64,000 nucleotides of DNA from the human T2T-CHM13v2.0 reference genome, Homo sapiens. The DNA lies in NCBI RefSeq assembly GCF_009914755.1, contig NC_060928.1; one strand, given 5' to 3'. The notes under the pieces are model-generated. The model ran no database searches. It was not told the origin of the DNA and saw only the letters and a list, made by a program, of their open reading frames with translations. The translations under genes were made by a program, and so were the position numbers. Positions 1 through 13,759 of the stretch are shown here, one piece after another. Position 1 is the stretch's first letter, and every line of letters begins with the position of its first letter.

Positions 1-929
1 CATGCTCATTTTTATATGTGATGATTGGACACTCTAAATGCTTTGAAAAATGTACTGACTTTGTGGTTCAAAGAACACACGTTGAAACTAAAGTAAGTCT
101 TAATTACCTTATTTTCCAAAGTATGTTACATTATTGTTCTATTGCAATAAAACCAGGATTGTTGATGGTTGAGAAAAGGGCAATAAAAATAAAACCTAAA
201 GGTCATGCTAAGGCCAGAAATAATGAATTGAAATGAAAGTATATGATCCTGGCATTCATATAAAATAAAATCAACCGTGGAAATTCACAATAAGCCCAAG
301 GCTATGCACAAAGTATAATAGAGAAAAGCTGGCCTTAAATGAATCCCAGAGGAGATTGTGCAGAATCACTCTCTGGATGAAAGATGAATTCCAAAATAGT
401 TTTATTTGTTGAAATTATTTGAAATGATTGAAACGGCAAGCACGCTTTGGCATATATTTAGTCACTTCAGGGTACCGACACATTATTAGTATTCAGCATT
501 AATACCAGTGGGCACATTTGTACAGTTATTTTCCTTTTTTTGTCATGTGAATGCAGTATTGTTTCCACATGCATACATCCCTCTATAGGCTTAATGAATG
601 TATTTGTCTGTTGGCAGGTGCATGCAAATATTGTTAGATTGAATATGTGATTGTTTCTTTTTCAGAAATGTAAATTGAATGTTTTAAAAGCATTTTAGGT
701 TCACCTTCTGAGTATGCTAGGAAGTGAACGTTGTGTGATTCATTCCTTTTGCAAGGATAATGCAAAGTAAAAGCCATTTCTCACCAGCATATAGCTTAAT
801 ATCTGAAACTCTAGATTCAGCATTTGGGATTATGCTTCTTTTTATATACAGCTAGGAGGAACAATGCATATTTAGTAAAGGCAAGTCACATAAATATTAT
901 AGTTTTGAGCATCAGGGAATACATTTTCA

Positions 930-1060
930 GAGTCATCAAATGTTTATTGAACACTTACGTGGCCAGTACTATTACATGTTCATAATAATCAATGTAAATT
1001 TATCAGTGAACAAACTATAAAATTCTTTACTCTTACAGAGATTACATTCTAATGGAGATT
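930..1060 (-). mobile_element. L2 LINE 3' fragment
   Basis: 'tcatcaaatgtttattgaacacttac...cagtgaacaaa...attacattctaatgg' resembles the reverse complement of the L2 3' end; heavily diverged. Confidence 0.55.
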
Positions 1061-1269
1061 GAAGAGAGAATGTAAATCAAAGAAGGAATTGATACAAAAT
1101 ATTGGATAATAAGTGGTATGAAGAAAAATAAAGCATGTAAAGGAAAAGGGTATTGCCCAAAGTGAGATGTATACATTCAATAAGTGTGACCATATTTATG
1201 AATGACATAATATCATGTCTGGCATTTTCTTGAAAATAATCTGTGGTCCAGTGCAGATAAATAGAAAGG

Positions 1270-1397
1270 ACCATGGATGAAGTTTGACCATGAGTTGATT
1301 TTTTTTTTTATCTAGATGATATATGCATGGGGGTCCATAATACTGCTCTCTCTGCTTTTGAAAATGTTTGTGAGTGTTCATATTTAGTTAATAAAAA
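1270..1397 (+). mobile_element. Old L1M (L1ME/MC-like) 3' end fragment
   Basis: 'ccatgagttgat...catgggggtccataatactgctctctctgcttttg...aataaaaa' resembles L1M 3' UTR termini. Confidence 0.5.
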
Positions 1398-1399
1398 CA

Positions 1400-2010
1400 G
1401 CGTTCACAAAGAATTTCCCCAGGAAGATAACATTAAAGAGCCAGATTGGAAGAAGTGAAAGATTCAGGTGCAGTAATAGCAATTACAAGCTGTTGAAATC
1501 ATTGCATGCCTGGAAGGCTCTAGAAATAGTAAGAAGGTAAGTGTTGCTAGAGTGGAATGAGAGAAATTGAGAATATTAGGAGATGTGTAGGAGCCAGATT
1601 GTGTAGGTCATTGTAAGAATTTCTCCATGAGTAAGATGGGAAGTCATTGGAGAGGTTCAGGAGAGAAAAGTAATCCAATTTGAATTTTAGAAGCATCACT
1701 ATGGCTGTGCTGCTTAGACAACAGTAGAGATAAGCATGGAATTCCTGAGACTAGTCAGTTGGCTATTTCAAAATGTAGAAGATGGTGGCTTGGGGCAAAG
1801 TGATATCAATGGAGTTAGTGAGATGTGGTCAGCCCCTGAATTTGTTAGCAGGTGGCATCAATAGGATTTGCTGAAGGAAAAAATGTGGGTTGTAATTTAT
1901 GAGAGAAAGAAAAGACTCATGGATGATTCCAAAGTTTGGGCCCATGCAAACTGAAAGAAGAATTTTTCCATTAAGTGAGACAAGGAGAACTTCAGGAAGA
2001 TTAATTAGGG
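1400..2010 (-). mobile_element. L2 LINE fragment
   Basis: Purine-rich L2 signature phrases: 'gagccagattgtgtagg', 'gatgggaagtcattggagagg', 'gatggtggcttgg', 'ggatgattccaaagttt'. Confidence 0.6.
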
Positions 2011-2812
2011 GATGATTTTATATTGGTTTTAAGAAAGACCATGGTGAGAAGACAATGTTTTAAGATAGAAGGGATGATATTTAAGTCTCTCTTGATGTCT
2101 GTAGACAAGAATTGAAGCTATAGAGTAGTGATAGGCTTATAGTAAGCATGTAGGGCTTTCTCTTGAAAAAATATTTTGGAAACAGCAGAGTGTTTATATT
2201 TCCCAATAGTGTTTTTTATAAAGGCTTCAAAGAGTTCTAGTTCTCGATTGTTTCCATTTAGTCACCAGAAACTTATAAACTTGGTTAGTGCTTTATAGTG
2301 CCCGGCAGTGAATTTGAGCAGCAAACTGTAATCATAATCCATGACACTACATGCATTTCTTAATCTGCAAAAGCTATATTGCAAATAATGATATAAAATC
2401 TATAGAGATGATTATCACTTGGGCATTAATGTCACATCTGTCTGATTATTACCAAGACTTAAAAAAATTACTTGTCTCCTTAGCATGGAAATAATTTATC
2501 TTAAAACCAATATTTCCATTTACGAAGTGCAAAGTGCTTACATATATATCATATGTTTTGATGCTGATCGCATAGGACCTTTGCAAAAACATTGTTGTCC
2601 CTACTTTAAAAACGTGAAACTTGATATTAAGAGGTTCACTCACAATGAGGACTAACCTGCACACAACTAAAACTATGATCTAGATCACCTTACTCTTACC
2701 TTACATCACTTGTTAATATTACTTTATACTTGATTGTGTATATATGTATATAACCATATTTCAGTATATACACATGTATGTATTTACACAAATGCATTTA
2801 TGTATTAATATA

Positions 2813-3221
2813 TGTATTAGCCCATTCTCACAATGCCATAAAAGATACCTGAGACTGGGTAATTTATAAAGAAAAGAGGTTTAATTGATTCATGGTTCTG
2901 CAGGTTGTAAAGGGAACATAGCAGCTTCTGCTTTTGGGGAGGCCTCAGGAAGCTTCCAATCATGGCAGAAGACAAAGGGGAAGCAGGTGTCTTACAGGGC
3001 AGGGGCAGGAACTAGAGAGAGCTATGAGGGAGATGGTATACTTAAACAACCAGATCTCATGAGAATTACTATAATGAGGACAGTACCAAAGGGATGGTGC
3101 TATGCCATTCATAATAAATCTGACCTCATGATTCAATTACCTCCCACCAGGCCTTGCCTCCAACACTGGGCATTACAATTCAATAAGAGATTTGGCAGGA
3201 ACACAGATCCAAATCATACCA
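2813..3221 (-). mobile_element. MST (MSTA-like) MaLR solo LTR
   Basis: TG...CA termini; 'tacctgagactgggtaatttataaagaaaagaggtttaatt', 'ggggaggcctcaggaagcttccaatcatggcagaag', 'acacagatccaaatcatacca'; 5-bp flanks atata/gtata. Confidence 0.9.
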
Positions 3222-3255
3222 GTATATATATGTATACACACACACACACACACAC

Positions 3256-3770
3256 TTCATTTAGCCAATGCTGTGTGTAAAGCTACCCCCAAACCTAGTG
3301 GTATTATATAAAAATTATTGTATTATGCTAAGAGATTCTGGCCTCATTAATGTATGCTTTTATTCCATGACGAATGGGATCTTGGATTGAAAGCTTCAAA
3401 TGCCTAGGGTGACTTGAACACCTGAGGGCTGGAGTTATCTGGATACTTTTTACTCACATGTCTGGTGCCTGGGATGGTAAGACTTGAACTCGTTGATCAG
3501 ATTGTCTTCTCATTGCCTCTCCATATAGACCGGGCTTCCTCAAACATGACAATCTCTGGGTTACTGGACTTTTTGCATAGAGGTTCGGGGTCCATGAATG
3601 AATATTTCAGTGAACGAGGTCTTTACAGCATAGCCATAAAAGTCACCTAATGGTGTTTATGCCATGCTTTGCTTGTCAAAACAGTCACAAGATTCAAGGA
3701 CAAGCAAAACAGACTTCATTTCTCAAAGGGAAGGGTATCAATGCGTGGCTGTGTTTTAAAGCCACCGCAG
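3256..3770 (-). mobile_element. Old MLT1-type MaLR LTR
   Basis: 'ctacccccaaacctagtgg', 'ggctggagttatctgg...actcacatgtctgg', 'gggcttcctcaaacatg', 'cagtcacaagattcaagg'; subfamily not resolved. Confidence 0.65.
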
Positions 3771-4244
3771 AGACCAGCATATTTAGAGTTTAGTTCTTAC
3801 CAAAGTTTGTTAATACTTTCTAAAAATAAATATATTCAGTAAGTCTGAATCAATATAAATGTGCTATAGCAATAGTATTTCTGTTGAATTTGGGTTTTTA
3901 GTTCCTGAGTCTAATATTGAGGCAGAGGTCCCAACATTCTCTCACAGTGCTGGGCAACTAAAGTCATATTCCCTGCTCACTGCAGGTCGTTTGACCTAGA
4001 AATACAAACAAAAAACCGAAGAAAACCAAGAGATAAATTGTATGGAGACCCATTAAAGTAGTACATTGAAATAAGGGCTGTAATAGAATGTTACCAATAA
4101 AAACAGCAACAAAATATGTCCTTGGTTTTAAAATTGATTTATGTAATCCTTTTGCATTTCTATCCAAGTTGAAGATCCAAAGCTGACGCAAATGCAAATA
4201 CAGCCTCAAGCTATTGAGCAAAAGAATAGCACGTATTTACAGAG

Positions 4245-4460
4245 CAGTGCTTCTTAACTAAGAGTGCTATTGCCTCTTTTCTCTCCAATGGGCATTTGGA
4301 AATCTGTGTGATTGGGTTTTCACAATCACTGGCAGTGTTACTGGCATATAATCAGGATGGAGTGCCCATAAATTTTAAACATCTTGAAATAAAGCCAGTC
4401 CCATACAACAAAGTATCGTCCCAACCAAAATTGCAATAGAGCTCTAGTTGATAAATATTA
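4245..4460 (+). mobile_element. MER20 hAT-Charlie DNA transposon
   Basis: 'cagtgcttcttaac...gggcatttggaaatc...ttactggcat...aaacatc...acaacaaag...caaaattgcaatag...gttgataaa' is collinear with the recalled ~220-bp MER20 consensus. Confidence 0.75.
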
Positions 4461-4505
4461 ATACAGTGGACAATCTAGAATATACTAACTTGCTTTCTTT
4501 AAGAG

Positions 4506-4508
<3 letters not shown>

Positions 4509-4551
<43 letters not shown>

Positions 4552-4567
4552 CACACACACACACACA
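4509..4567. repeat. (AT)n(AC)n compound microsatellite
   Basis: Directly visible. Confidence 0.95.
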
Positions 4568-4859
4568 TAAATTTATTTATCATACCAGAAAGTGGCAGCC
4601 ATTCTTACTGTCAATCCCCATGAAGGGATACCATAATAGAAAATATTTTCTAGTCATTTCTTCTAAGAAGTTTCAGAAATATACATATAGCTCCTTTAAA
4701 AAAATTGTTATTTCCAGATAATATAACAGAATTTATGTTGCTAATAAAGTCCAAGTTTTGTCGTTGATTGCTAAAGGGGAAGTGAAGTAGAAGAAAAAAT
4801 AGTCAATTGCAGCAATGTGGTAATAACTACTATGGGTTTAATTTCAAAAATTGATGAAA

Positions 4860-5560
4860 GTACTTAGGAAGAATGTATGACCTGGTCTTGGTTTGAGGGA
4901 AATCGGGACTGTCTTTCTAGAGATTGAAGAAAAAGCCTTGAGTTACAGGAAGAAGAATGTATCAAGAAAATAATTTGGTGTATGTCAGTTCTGGCCATCT
5001 GAACAGGGTTCAGCATTGTTGGAGCTTAATGCATATAGTAAATGACCTAATTAGGTCTGGAGCAAGAAGGACCTTCAGGATCTGACAGTGAAGTGTTAAG
5101 CAGGGGAATGACATTGATCTTTTGGCTTTAAGAAATCACTCTGCCTACATATAGGGAAAGAAATACAGGAAAACAAACTAGAGGCTGGGACCCAGTTAAA
5201 CCAGGCAAGAGACAATGATGGCACAAACTAAGCATGGCATTAGGGATGACAGTCAATTGAAGTAATCAAGAGATAACAGGATGTTTAGGGGTTAAGAACT
5301 AGGGAATCAGAGGCCTCTAATATGCAGTGGCAAGGAAGGAAATTGAGATGGGGAATATAAGAGGAAGATCAGATATTTTGTATTTTGTGGGAAAGGGGAA
5401 GAGTAATAAACAGTTAGCCTGCTGAGCATATTGTAGCCTAGTGTGCATGTTATCAGAGATGCACAGTAGGCAGTTAGATACACAGGTGTAAAGCACAGAG
5501 AGAGAGCTGGCCTGCAGATCGAGACTTGGCAGTTTGTTGCCATATTGTATTCAGCCACCA
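4860..5560 (-). mobile_element. L2 LINE fragments
   Basis: 'taagcaggggaatgacattgatc', 'aaatcactctg', 'ccaggcaagagacaatgatgg', 'aggcagttagata...gctggcctgcagat'. Confidence 0.5.
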
Positions 5561-6474
5561 TAATATGAAATATTCAGAATACCTTACAGATACCACGGTA
5601 GGGTCATTTAGGGGACTTTCTGCTTATTTTCTTTACAGAGGAATATGACCACTGGGGAAATTACATATCTAGCATTCAATTGTAACCTAAATCAGAGCCA
5701 ATTGGAAATTTCATCAGATTTAAATGTTTCGGAAAATAGATACCAGCAATAAAGATTACATCATCAGATAGAATATCTATCGATTATCTATCGGCTATCT
5801 ATATTTTTCCTATATTCTTATTAGTAAAGCTCTGAATTCTTTACACAAAGTCCAGTGTTTCAGCCTAGATTAAAATCCAATTCAAAAGCTGGGCATAATC
5901 ATCAGCAGTTTTCTTTTTCTATTTATGACCTTGGCTCAAAGAATAAGATTTTCATATTTTTTGTGAAGGTTGAAAAGTTAACTAGAAAGCGTTATCATGG
6001 AGAAAACAGATTGTGGCAGATGTAAATAATCAATAATTGAGGAGGAAAGTGAAAGTATACCAAAAGAATTTGTAGCAGGATGTGCCTCTGTCATGGGGAA
6101 ATGAGTAATTAAAGTAGTAAGATAATTTGCCCTCTCCATACTTTCTCTATAGTCCTATAGATTATTATAATGCTATTTTACCGAGGTTGTGAGGCAAATT
6201 TTCATGAATTTTATAATTGAATATTTAAAAATTTAATAAATTTTGGCTTTCAGAAATATCATTATCAAAGTTAAGGATGATCATAAGCATGATTGCACAT
6301 CTATCTATCTGCAGAAAGGTTAATGTGGGATTAATAAGTAGAATAAAAAATGACTGCTAGTCTATATCATGAAACTTGTGTTTAACTCACAGGTGTAAAA
6401 GATGGAGCTAACCTGTAGACTATCATTTAATAATGATTTCAGAATGTGGGAATTGTTAGATTAATGACAATTTT

Positions 6475-6625
6475 ATGAATTCATTTATTCATTATATATT
6501 TACTTAACAAATTAGTATGAAGCATCTATTATTATGTGTCAGTCGCTCCTGTATGAGCTGAAGGTACAATAGTGAACAAGAGAGACAATGTGTTACCCCT
6601 AAATAACTTATATTCTAGTGATATG
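6475..6625 (-). mobile_element. L2 3' end fragment
   Basis: 'ttcatttattcatt...aacaaattag...atgtgtcag...acaatagtgaacaagagag...aacttatattctagtg'. Confidence 0.6.
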
Positions 6626-6769
6626 GGGGAGATAAAAACCTAGTTATATGTAAGTATTCTGATAAACATAAAGTTTTCAGTGAAGAATAGGTGATTAATA
6701 TCCTGGATCCAAAATTGATTTGCAGATTTCCATTTTTGTCAATACACTAGAATAGACTATCTCAAAAGT

Positions 6770-9460
6770 TTTCGCTAATAGTATTATAGACCACCAGAAT
6801 GAAATATCAAAAGCGCTTCCATTATCAAAATGCTTAGTTGAGTTTACAGGAAAGTAGTGAAATCCTCAGGTGCTAAAAAGTGAATAGGGACTTGGAACCC
6901 AAAGCATTAACATCAGGTAGAGACAGAAGGTGAAACCTTGCTCCTTTTGAAGTGGTATAATGGAATTAAGATTCATGAATAAAGATGAGATCTCAAAAGG
7001 CTCTCTTCTGAGGAAAAGGCTGTAATGTAAAAAAATTCTGCTCATGCATACAGAGAGACATGAGACAAACTTGTCTGTCTTGGCCTGAATTCCAAGTCAG
7101 AATAATCATCATTATCCATATCTATGGGCCTGTATGTGCTGATGTTTTGGATTGAGTTTTTACTATTCATGACATTAGGAATCTTCAGTGAAAGATATTA
7201 ATGAAAAAATTTGTCTGTTTATGGCAAATCCCACTGGATTTCTTATCACTAGCAAACCATGTCTATCTCTGGATAGACACAACTTGATCCAGGTCATATG
7301 CTATTTATACAGATAAAGCTCAGTTGAATATGAGTTCATAAGTCAAAATCACAAAATATAACAAACAGGAAAATCCATCACGAATGAGTCAGTAGCAAAA
7401 AATCACAATATACAAATCCACCCCTCCTCCCAAACCTCACATACCAGATAAATTAGACTCTAAATTAAATGTTTGGTATTGCTAAGGGTATAAAGAACTC
7501 GAGTGCATAGAAATATTAGAGGCTCTGAAAAGTAAAAAGCAGCTTTGAAAGAGAACTATCTCAAATTTTTATAAATAAAAATCATTAGTCATTTAAAATA
7601 GACAAAACCCTCAATGTATAGATTAACAAGTAAATTATACACAACTGAAAAAAAAATCATAGGTCTAAACAATGTCTCTAATATAACATAGAGAAATAAA
7701 AAGAAGACAAAAAAGAAATAGAATTTAATTCATGGATAGAACATGGATCACGGATTGCACTAATCATTAAGGTATTTCAGAAAAAGCAGATAGAATAGGG
7801 AAGCAATACAATTGAAACAAACTATCACTGAATTTTTATGAATTTATAAAATAAATAGATCCTTGATATAAAGAGTTATAAAGAGTCTTGAGCAAGAGAA
7901 AAAATGAATGCATACCTTGGCGTGTTGTACTGAAATAACAAAACTCAACAGCAAGGACAATATTTTAAAAGTAGTAAGAGGGAAAAGGACAGAGTACTTA
8001 GAAGTTAATGATCATGAGAATTAGGCCTGGTTTCTCACCTGAAAAAGACTAAACTATAAGATAGTAAAGTATCTTCTGAGTGGTGAGTTAAAATAACTGT
8101 CAATATAGAATTGTATGTCTAAATGTGCCATCATGCAAGAAGAGTGAAATAAAGTTGTTTACAGACACACACAGTAAGGGGAAAAATCCCATGCTGAAAG
8201 AAAGTAGACCACTAACTTCACAAAGTACGAAAATGAACCCAGAGGGTAACGGTAAAATCCCAAAAGGAATAGTCAGTTCAGAGACTGATGTGCATATGGG
8301 TAAATCTAAGCAAAGATCGATAGTATAACAGATAATAAGAGTGATGATAGTTACAATGATAATGAAATACTAATAAATCATCCTGGAATTATAATAACAA
8401 AGAGTACTACAATTTTGGATAACAAAGACGAGAAGCTAGTTATGAGTTCCAAAGAACTTCACAAAGTTATTTGTACTGTTCAAAAATGGATGAGAGATAT
8501 TATTAAACTGTAGTTTGGTTTAATCTATAACATAAAGATCAATTTAAAAAACTTGAGGTTGCAGAAAGACCAAAAGACAAAACTGTATATTGTGGCAGCT
8601 ATACAAATATCAGATTAAGCAGACTAAAAGGGAAAAAGAAAAATCACCACATATTATCAATGATGTATTTGCTAAAGTGACAAAATAAAGCAATGTAATA
8701 GAATAATTAGAATTTTTGTGCATCTGATAACATAGCTTCAAAATACATAAGGCAAGTACTGCAAAATTGCAAGGGCAAACTTTGTGTCTTACCACTATGA
8801 TGGGAGAAGAGTTAAATAAACAACATAACAACAAACTAACTTATATACTCTGGTGAACACCTCGATCTCATGATAAAAGGAATATACATTATTTTCAAGA
8901 ACTGATTACACTTTTACAAAGTTGACCATATATTAGTTAATAAAGCAAATCTGAGAACATATTAAAACAATTATCATATAAACTACATTCTTTGATCAGA
9001 ATGAAATTAAATTAGAACTCAGTATAAATAAAGAACACCAAATAATGTGCAAGTCTGGAAACATCCTTCAAAGTAACCTATAGGTCCACCAAAAAAAAAA
9101 AAATCACACTGAGGAAATATATATTTAAAATTCTATATTTTTAAATAAAAATTATGTTAAGATAAATATAGTTGGTATTGTGTTTGTAAAAAATAATGAA
9201 AACTTGATTGCGGAATCCATAACATTATGGGAAATAGCATTGAAGAACATATTGGAAAAGACGGAAGGTTGCATCTTAGCTAATCATGCAAATCATAAAG
9301 TTTGTAAAACAGCATACCTAAAATGTAATAGAAAGTGTAAAAAATAAGAGCAGAAATTAATAAAGTAGAAAATAGGCATCAAATGTAGGTTAACAGTAGT
9401 TAAAAATTGGTTTTATATAAAAAGATAAATAAAATATTTTAAATTTCATAAAAAGATTGT
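6770..9460 (+). mobile_element. Old L1M, 5'/ORF1/endonuclease remnants
   Basis: A-rich + strand; ORF1-like 'aataactgtcaatatagaattgtat...aagtgaaataaag'; EN-like 'gcatctgataacatagcttcaaaatacata', 'aatatacattattttcaag', 'gaccatatattag', 'aattaaattagaa'; left edge uncertain. Confidence 0.6.
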
Positions 9461-9471
9461 GAGAAAATTGT

Positions 9472-9612
9472 TATGTATGTTTATATATACATATATATGC
9501 ATGTTGTATATTATATATATACATATATACACATGCCTACATATGCATATATATATACATGTATGTAAATATGAAAATTGTGTGTGTGTGTATATACATA
9601 TATATAGAGAGA
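9472..9612. repeat. (TA)/(TG)/(CA) low-complexity microsatellite
   Basis: Directly visible. Confidence 0.85.
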
Positions 9613-9892
9613 GATTTATTTTGAGGAATTAGGTAATACATTTGTGGCAAATTTAAAATCTGTGGAGCAGGCTGGCAGGCTAGAAACTCAGGCATGAGTT
9701 GATTCTTCAGCCTTGATGTGAAGTTTCTTCTACTCCACAAAATCTTGGGTTTTTTGAGCTTAACACCTTCAACTGACTAGATGAGGCCTACCCATGTTAT
9801 TGAAGGTAAGAAAATATTTTCACAGCAACCCCTAGATTAGTGTTTGACTAAACTGGGTACTATAGTCTACCAAGTTGGCACATAAAACTATT
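9610..9892 (-). mobile_element. MLT2 (C/D-like) ERVL LTR fragment
   Basis: 'gagatttattttgaggaatt', 'gcaggctggcaggctagaaactcaggca', 'cttcaactgactagatgaggcctaccca', 'ctagattagtgtttgac', 'caagttggcacataaaa'. Confidence 0.8.
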
Positions 9893-9954
9893 TAAATAAC
9901 TAATTGTATAAATTCACAATAAATGTAAATGAAAATGAGTGGTCACAAAGGGAG

Positions 9955-10222
9955 ATATATGAATAAGCACGTGAAAATGTGATCATCGTGATTAAGGGAA
10001 ATGCAAACAAAAACCATAATGATGTTCCATTAAAATGTTTAAAATAAAGACTGCAAACAAATGTTGGAATAAAGAAAAATGATCTGTCATATATTTTGTG
10101 GTAATATAAAATGGCTCAATCACTAGGGCTTGGCAAATTTATTTATAAAGTGAAAATGTACACTTATTATTGGATTCAGCAAATCAACTCCTAGGTGCAT
10201 ACCCTAGAGAAACGAAAATATA
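9955..10222 (+). mobile_element. L1M ORF2 C-terminal/3' fragment
   Basis: 'agggaaatgcaaacaaaaaccataatga', 'cagcaaatcaactcctaggtgcataccctagagaaacgaaaa'. Confidence 0.7.
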
Positions 10223-10489
10223 TGTAGAGGACTGAAATAGAAGTCCTAACCCTTTCCAACAAACTAACAGTCTCTCCTTTGGCTAAAAGGCCCCCAAATT
10301 TTAAGTTCCCTGCCATGGCAGGACAGAGACTGGCCACATCACATTGACTGCCATCCTCTTTCCTTTTACTAATTGTGATTAGATTTTCTCAAAAGATTGG
10401 CTTGAAAGAACAGAAGGCCCAAGACGTGGACCACTTGATGTCTTCCTCCTCTTTTTATGGTTCTGACATGACAGCTCTTCTGGACCACA
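10223..10489 (+). mobile_element. Probable ERV1-class LTR fragment (MER34/39-like)
   Basis: Abrupt compositional switch starting TGTAGAGGAC; LTR-like 'ttttatggttctgacatgacag'; family uncertain. Confidence 0.35.
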
Positions 10490-10700
10490 TTTTTTTTTTT
10501 TAAGAGACAGGTTGCTGTTCTGTTACCCAGGCTGCAGTACAGTGGTATGATCATGGCAGCCTCGAACTCCTAGGATCAAGTGATCTTCCTGCCTTAGTTT
10601 CCCGAGTAACTGAGAATACAGATGTGTGCCATCACACTTGGCTTATTTTTGTATTTTTTGTTAAGATGGGGTCTCACTACGTTACCCAGGTTGGTTTCAA
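10490..10700 (-). mobile_element. AluJ-like, 5'-truncated
   Basis: Poly-T, 'gagacagg...cccaggctgcagtacagtggtatgatcat...gcagcctcgaactcct...caagtgatcttcctgcc', middle T-rich linker, stops within the left arm. Confidence 0.9.
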
Positions 10701-10986
10701 TGCCATTCCATTATTTTTGAAGGATTTTTTTTTTAAATTTTGCTTGCATTTGATGCTCCATAATCTTTGTAACTTTACAGATTTTGCCGTATTTCTTGAT
10801 ATTTTGTCTGTTCACAACAAAATCTATTGCTTTTTATTTTGCTCCCCATTCTTGATAATTGTAGCCTTTACTATATCTTCTTTATGTGCATGTCATTGAC
10901 AGACCCATCAGTTTGAATGACACATAGGATTTCAGATGCCATGACTAATAAAAGTAGAATAATCAGTTTAAGTCTTAGTCTGAGAG

Positions 10987-11981
10987 CATGATTGGCTAAC
11001 TACTTCAAATCTAATGCAAAATAAAGAATGTGAGACCCCTTATTTCAAAATCAGATATAAAAGATTTTATAGTGTACTAAAATATAAAATGACTTTTTTC
11101 TATTTTCCATGGCTGCTCTTTCTCTACTTGTCATGGCATTTGTAGCATTTTCTATCCAATGACATAAGTTAAAAACATACAGTTTTAAATTGTTAACGTT
11201 AATTTTATCACCCATCTTTCTATTTTGCAATGTCAGTGTCTAATGCAAATATGAGGTCATTTACCTAATTTGTGGAATTACTAAATTATTATACTTCATA
11301 TTTTGTGGCTCATGTATCCTGTATTCCATTCTTATTAGAAGAGTAAAAATCTCACACAAATTTAGCTCAATCGATTTTATTCTACTTCCTGATATGTGTA
11401 CATTTTACCAAAATTTTCTGCCTTTACCTTGCTGGTGAGTAATGAAGGACCAAAAGGTAAAGGTACTATGGGGTGTTCCATGTACGTCATGAATTTGTTT
11501 TAAGAGATTAGCTAATTCAGGGAAGTATCACAAGTAAAAAAGCATATGATAGGGTTCCTTGGTCATTGATATTTCTCACAATGCCACCATCTTTCTGAGT
11601 TCAAGTTCTAGTTCCAGTGGAAAATTTGGCCCCTTGGGACTATCAGCAACCAGCACTTCAGTCATAGACCTGGCTATGTTTACCTTGTGCTTGCTTTGAG
11701 TCCTGTTGAAGTCAGTTGGGAACACATCATAGGTCCATCAGGATTCTATGCTCGGGAGACATGGCAAGCCCTATGTGAGAAGGGTGGCAAGGAATGGCAT
11801 ACATGGGCATTATACAAAGCTCCTCTCCTCACATGGGTACATGCTCAATTGTCCCACCAAACTTCACACACACAAGGCACAAATTCAAACATAAAGTAAT
11901 GATCTCGAGAAAGCTACAGAAGCACATTGAGCTAAGTACTGGCTATTTTGAGCCTGTCATATGCTTATGAAGCCAGCCCTG
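10987..11981 (-). mobile_element. MER45B/C-like hAT-Tip100 DNA transposon (~1 kb)
   Basis: Right end reverse complement 'cagggctggcttcat' matches the MER45 terminus; left end 'catgattggcta...atgcaaaataaagaatgtgagaccccttatttcaaaa' matches the other terminus; length fits the long variants. Confidence 0.7.
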
Positions 11982-13759
11982 TTTGCAAAGCATACAGTTT
12001 CTTATGCTACTGTATTGTTTGAATCGGGTTACCTTAGTACAGAAAGGACACTTCTGCTCCTAGGATTTTTCACTTATAGTTTTTATGTTTTCCGCACAGA
12101 CTGTAAAAATCACTAAACTGTGAACTGTGGAGTGACAATAAAAGAGTGTTCATTCTATAAATAAATATCAAGATGTTATCTTACAATATTAAAATGTTAT
12201 CCAAGGTAACAATTTTGGATTTTCAACCTATTTTATATTTTACCTTGTATCTTTAAATAATCTATTATTCTGTATAACTCAAGGATGCTTATGTTTAAAA
12301 AGTTACTTCAGTTAATAATGATTTTTAAAATAAAACATGCTTAATTTTGACATTAATCAGAAATTTAACTTAAATATTAGTGATTTTTTAGTATTCTGTC
12401 TTTTTTAATCTGAACATAAAAAAGTTATTTTTACTTTCTTCAAAGATTATTTGATTTGTTGGCAAATCTTTGATAATAATCTCCTACATGCTACAGCTTT
12501 CCAATCATTTGCAATTCTTTTATTCTAACCTGTAATGATTTCTTGCTTGGCACTTTCTTTTGCTTTGATTAATTTTGTAGAAAAATTCCTGTCATATTGT
12601 TGAGAACAAATTCCCTAGTGATTCTATGAAATAAGATAGTATTTTATATAATAATTTGGAATCGAATTTTTCTCTGTCATCTGAAGTTACATTTCCTACT
12701 TCTATTTTATATGAAATTAATACTCTGTTTTCTCACTTAATTTAAATCCTGCCTGTAAACTGTCATGAATGATATGAATTAAATAAAATAAAGGAAATAT
12801 CAATTGTATTATTCATTCATTCACTTAACAAATATTTATTATGAGCTTATTGGATGAAGGCGAGGAGTTATTATTTATTCCAAGGAATGCTTAACTAAAT
12901 CATTATTCTATAGCAAAAGTCAAATGTTAAAAAGAAAAGAAAAAAATAGAGAAAAGAAAAAAGGAATAAAATTAAGATATAAGGTTACAATAGAGTGAAT
13001 TAATCAAATTCCTTACTGATTTATCTTTTTTAACATACCATTTCAAAACAAGGATTTGTTATGAAAAAATTGTCTTTATCCGTCATTACTTTTTCTCATG
13101 TTATTGTTTTTTATGCACTAAATAGATATGAGTTCTTGAAATATTGGTACAGCTTTCTGAATATATAAAAGTATATTAATAAAAATAGAGAGCTGAGTTT
13201 AGCTTTCTTTTTGTGACTTTTATATTTAATAACTCCAATGAATTTGATGAAACACAAATAAATCAGCTCAGAAGAATTTAACTGTAATACGTATGCTAAT
13301 ATTGTTTGCATTCAATCTGTAAGGGAATCAGAAACCGAAGTGACCAAAAGTTGAATTTTATATTTCCTGAGGGAACCCTTGGAATAAACAAGGCATACAA
13401 TGACTATTTGTAAAACATGTCAAAAACCCAGTGACCTGAGTGCCCTGCCTTTCACATGGATGAATGAAAAAAAAAAAACAAGACACAAACTTTTTTTGTT
13501 AATAATATGACATACAGTCATATCACTTATTTTTCTATGATCAAAAATGTATATGTATAATTATTATATTTTGAAAATTAAATATTATAAAGTTCTTAAT
13601 CATTTCCAATGTACCTATGGCCTCAGAATCCAATAACATTGGAATGTTCTAAATAAATACTTATTTATTTTTGGTTTTTCCACTGTCATTCAAAAAGAGA
13701 ATTAGCTGCTCTCTATATGATGAAATAAGGAGAGGGAATAAAATGTTTGGTCGCTGCCA

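Noticed and set aside
2885-3280. 131-aa ORF
   Set aside because: It lies within the MST LTR and a CA repeat; a chance frame.
5770-5805. Three tatctatc-type units (GATA-like cluster)
   Set aside because: Degenerate short tandem repeat, best explained by slippage.
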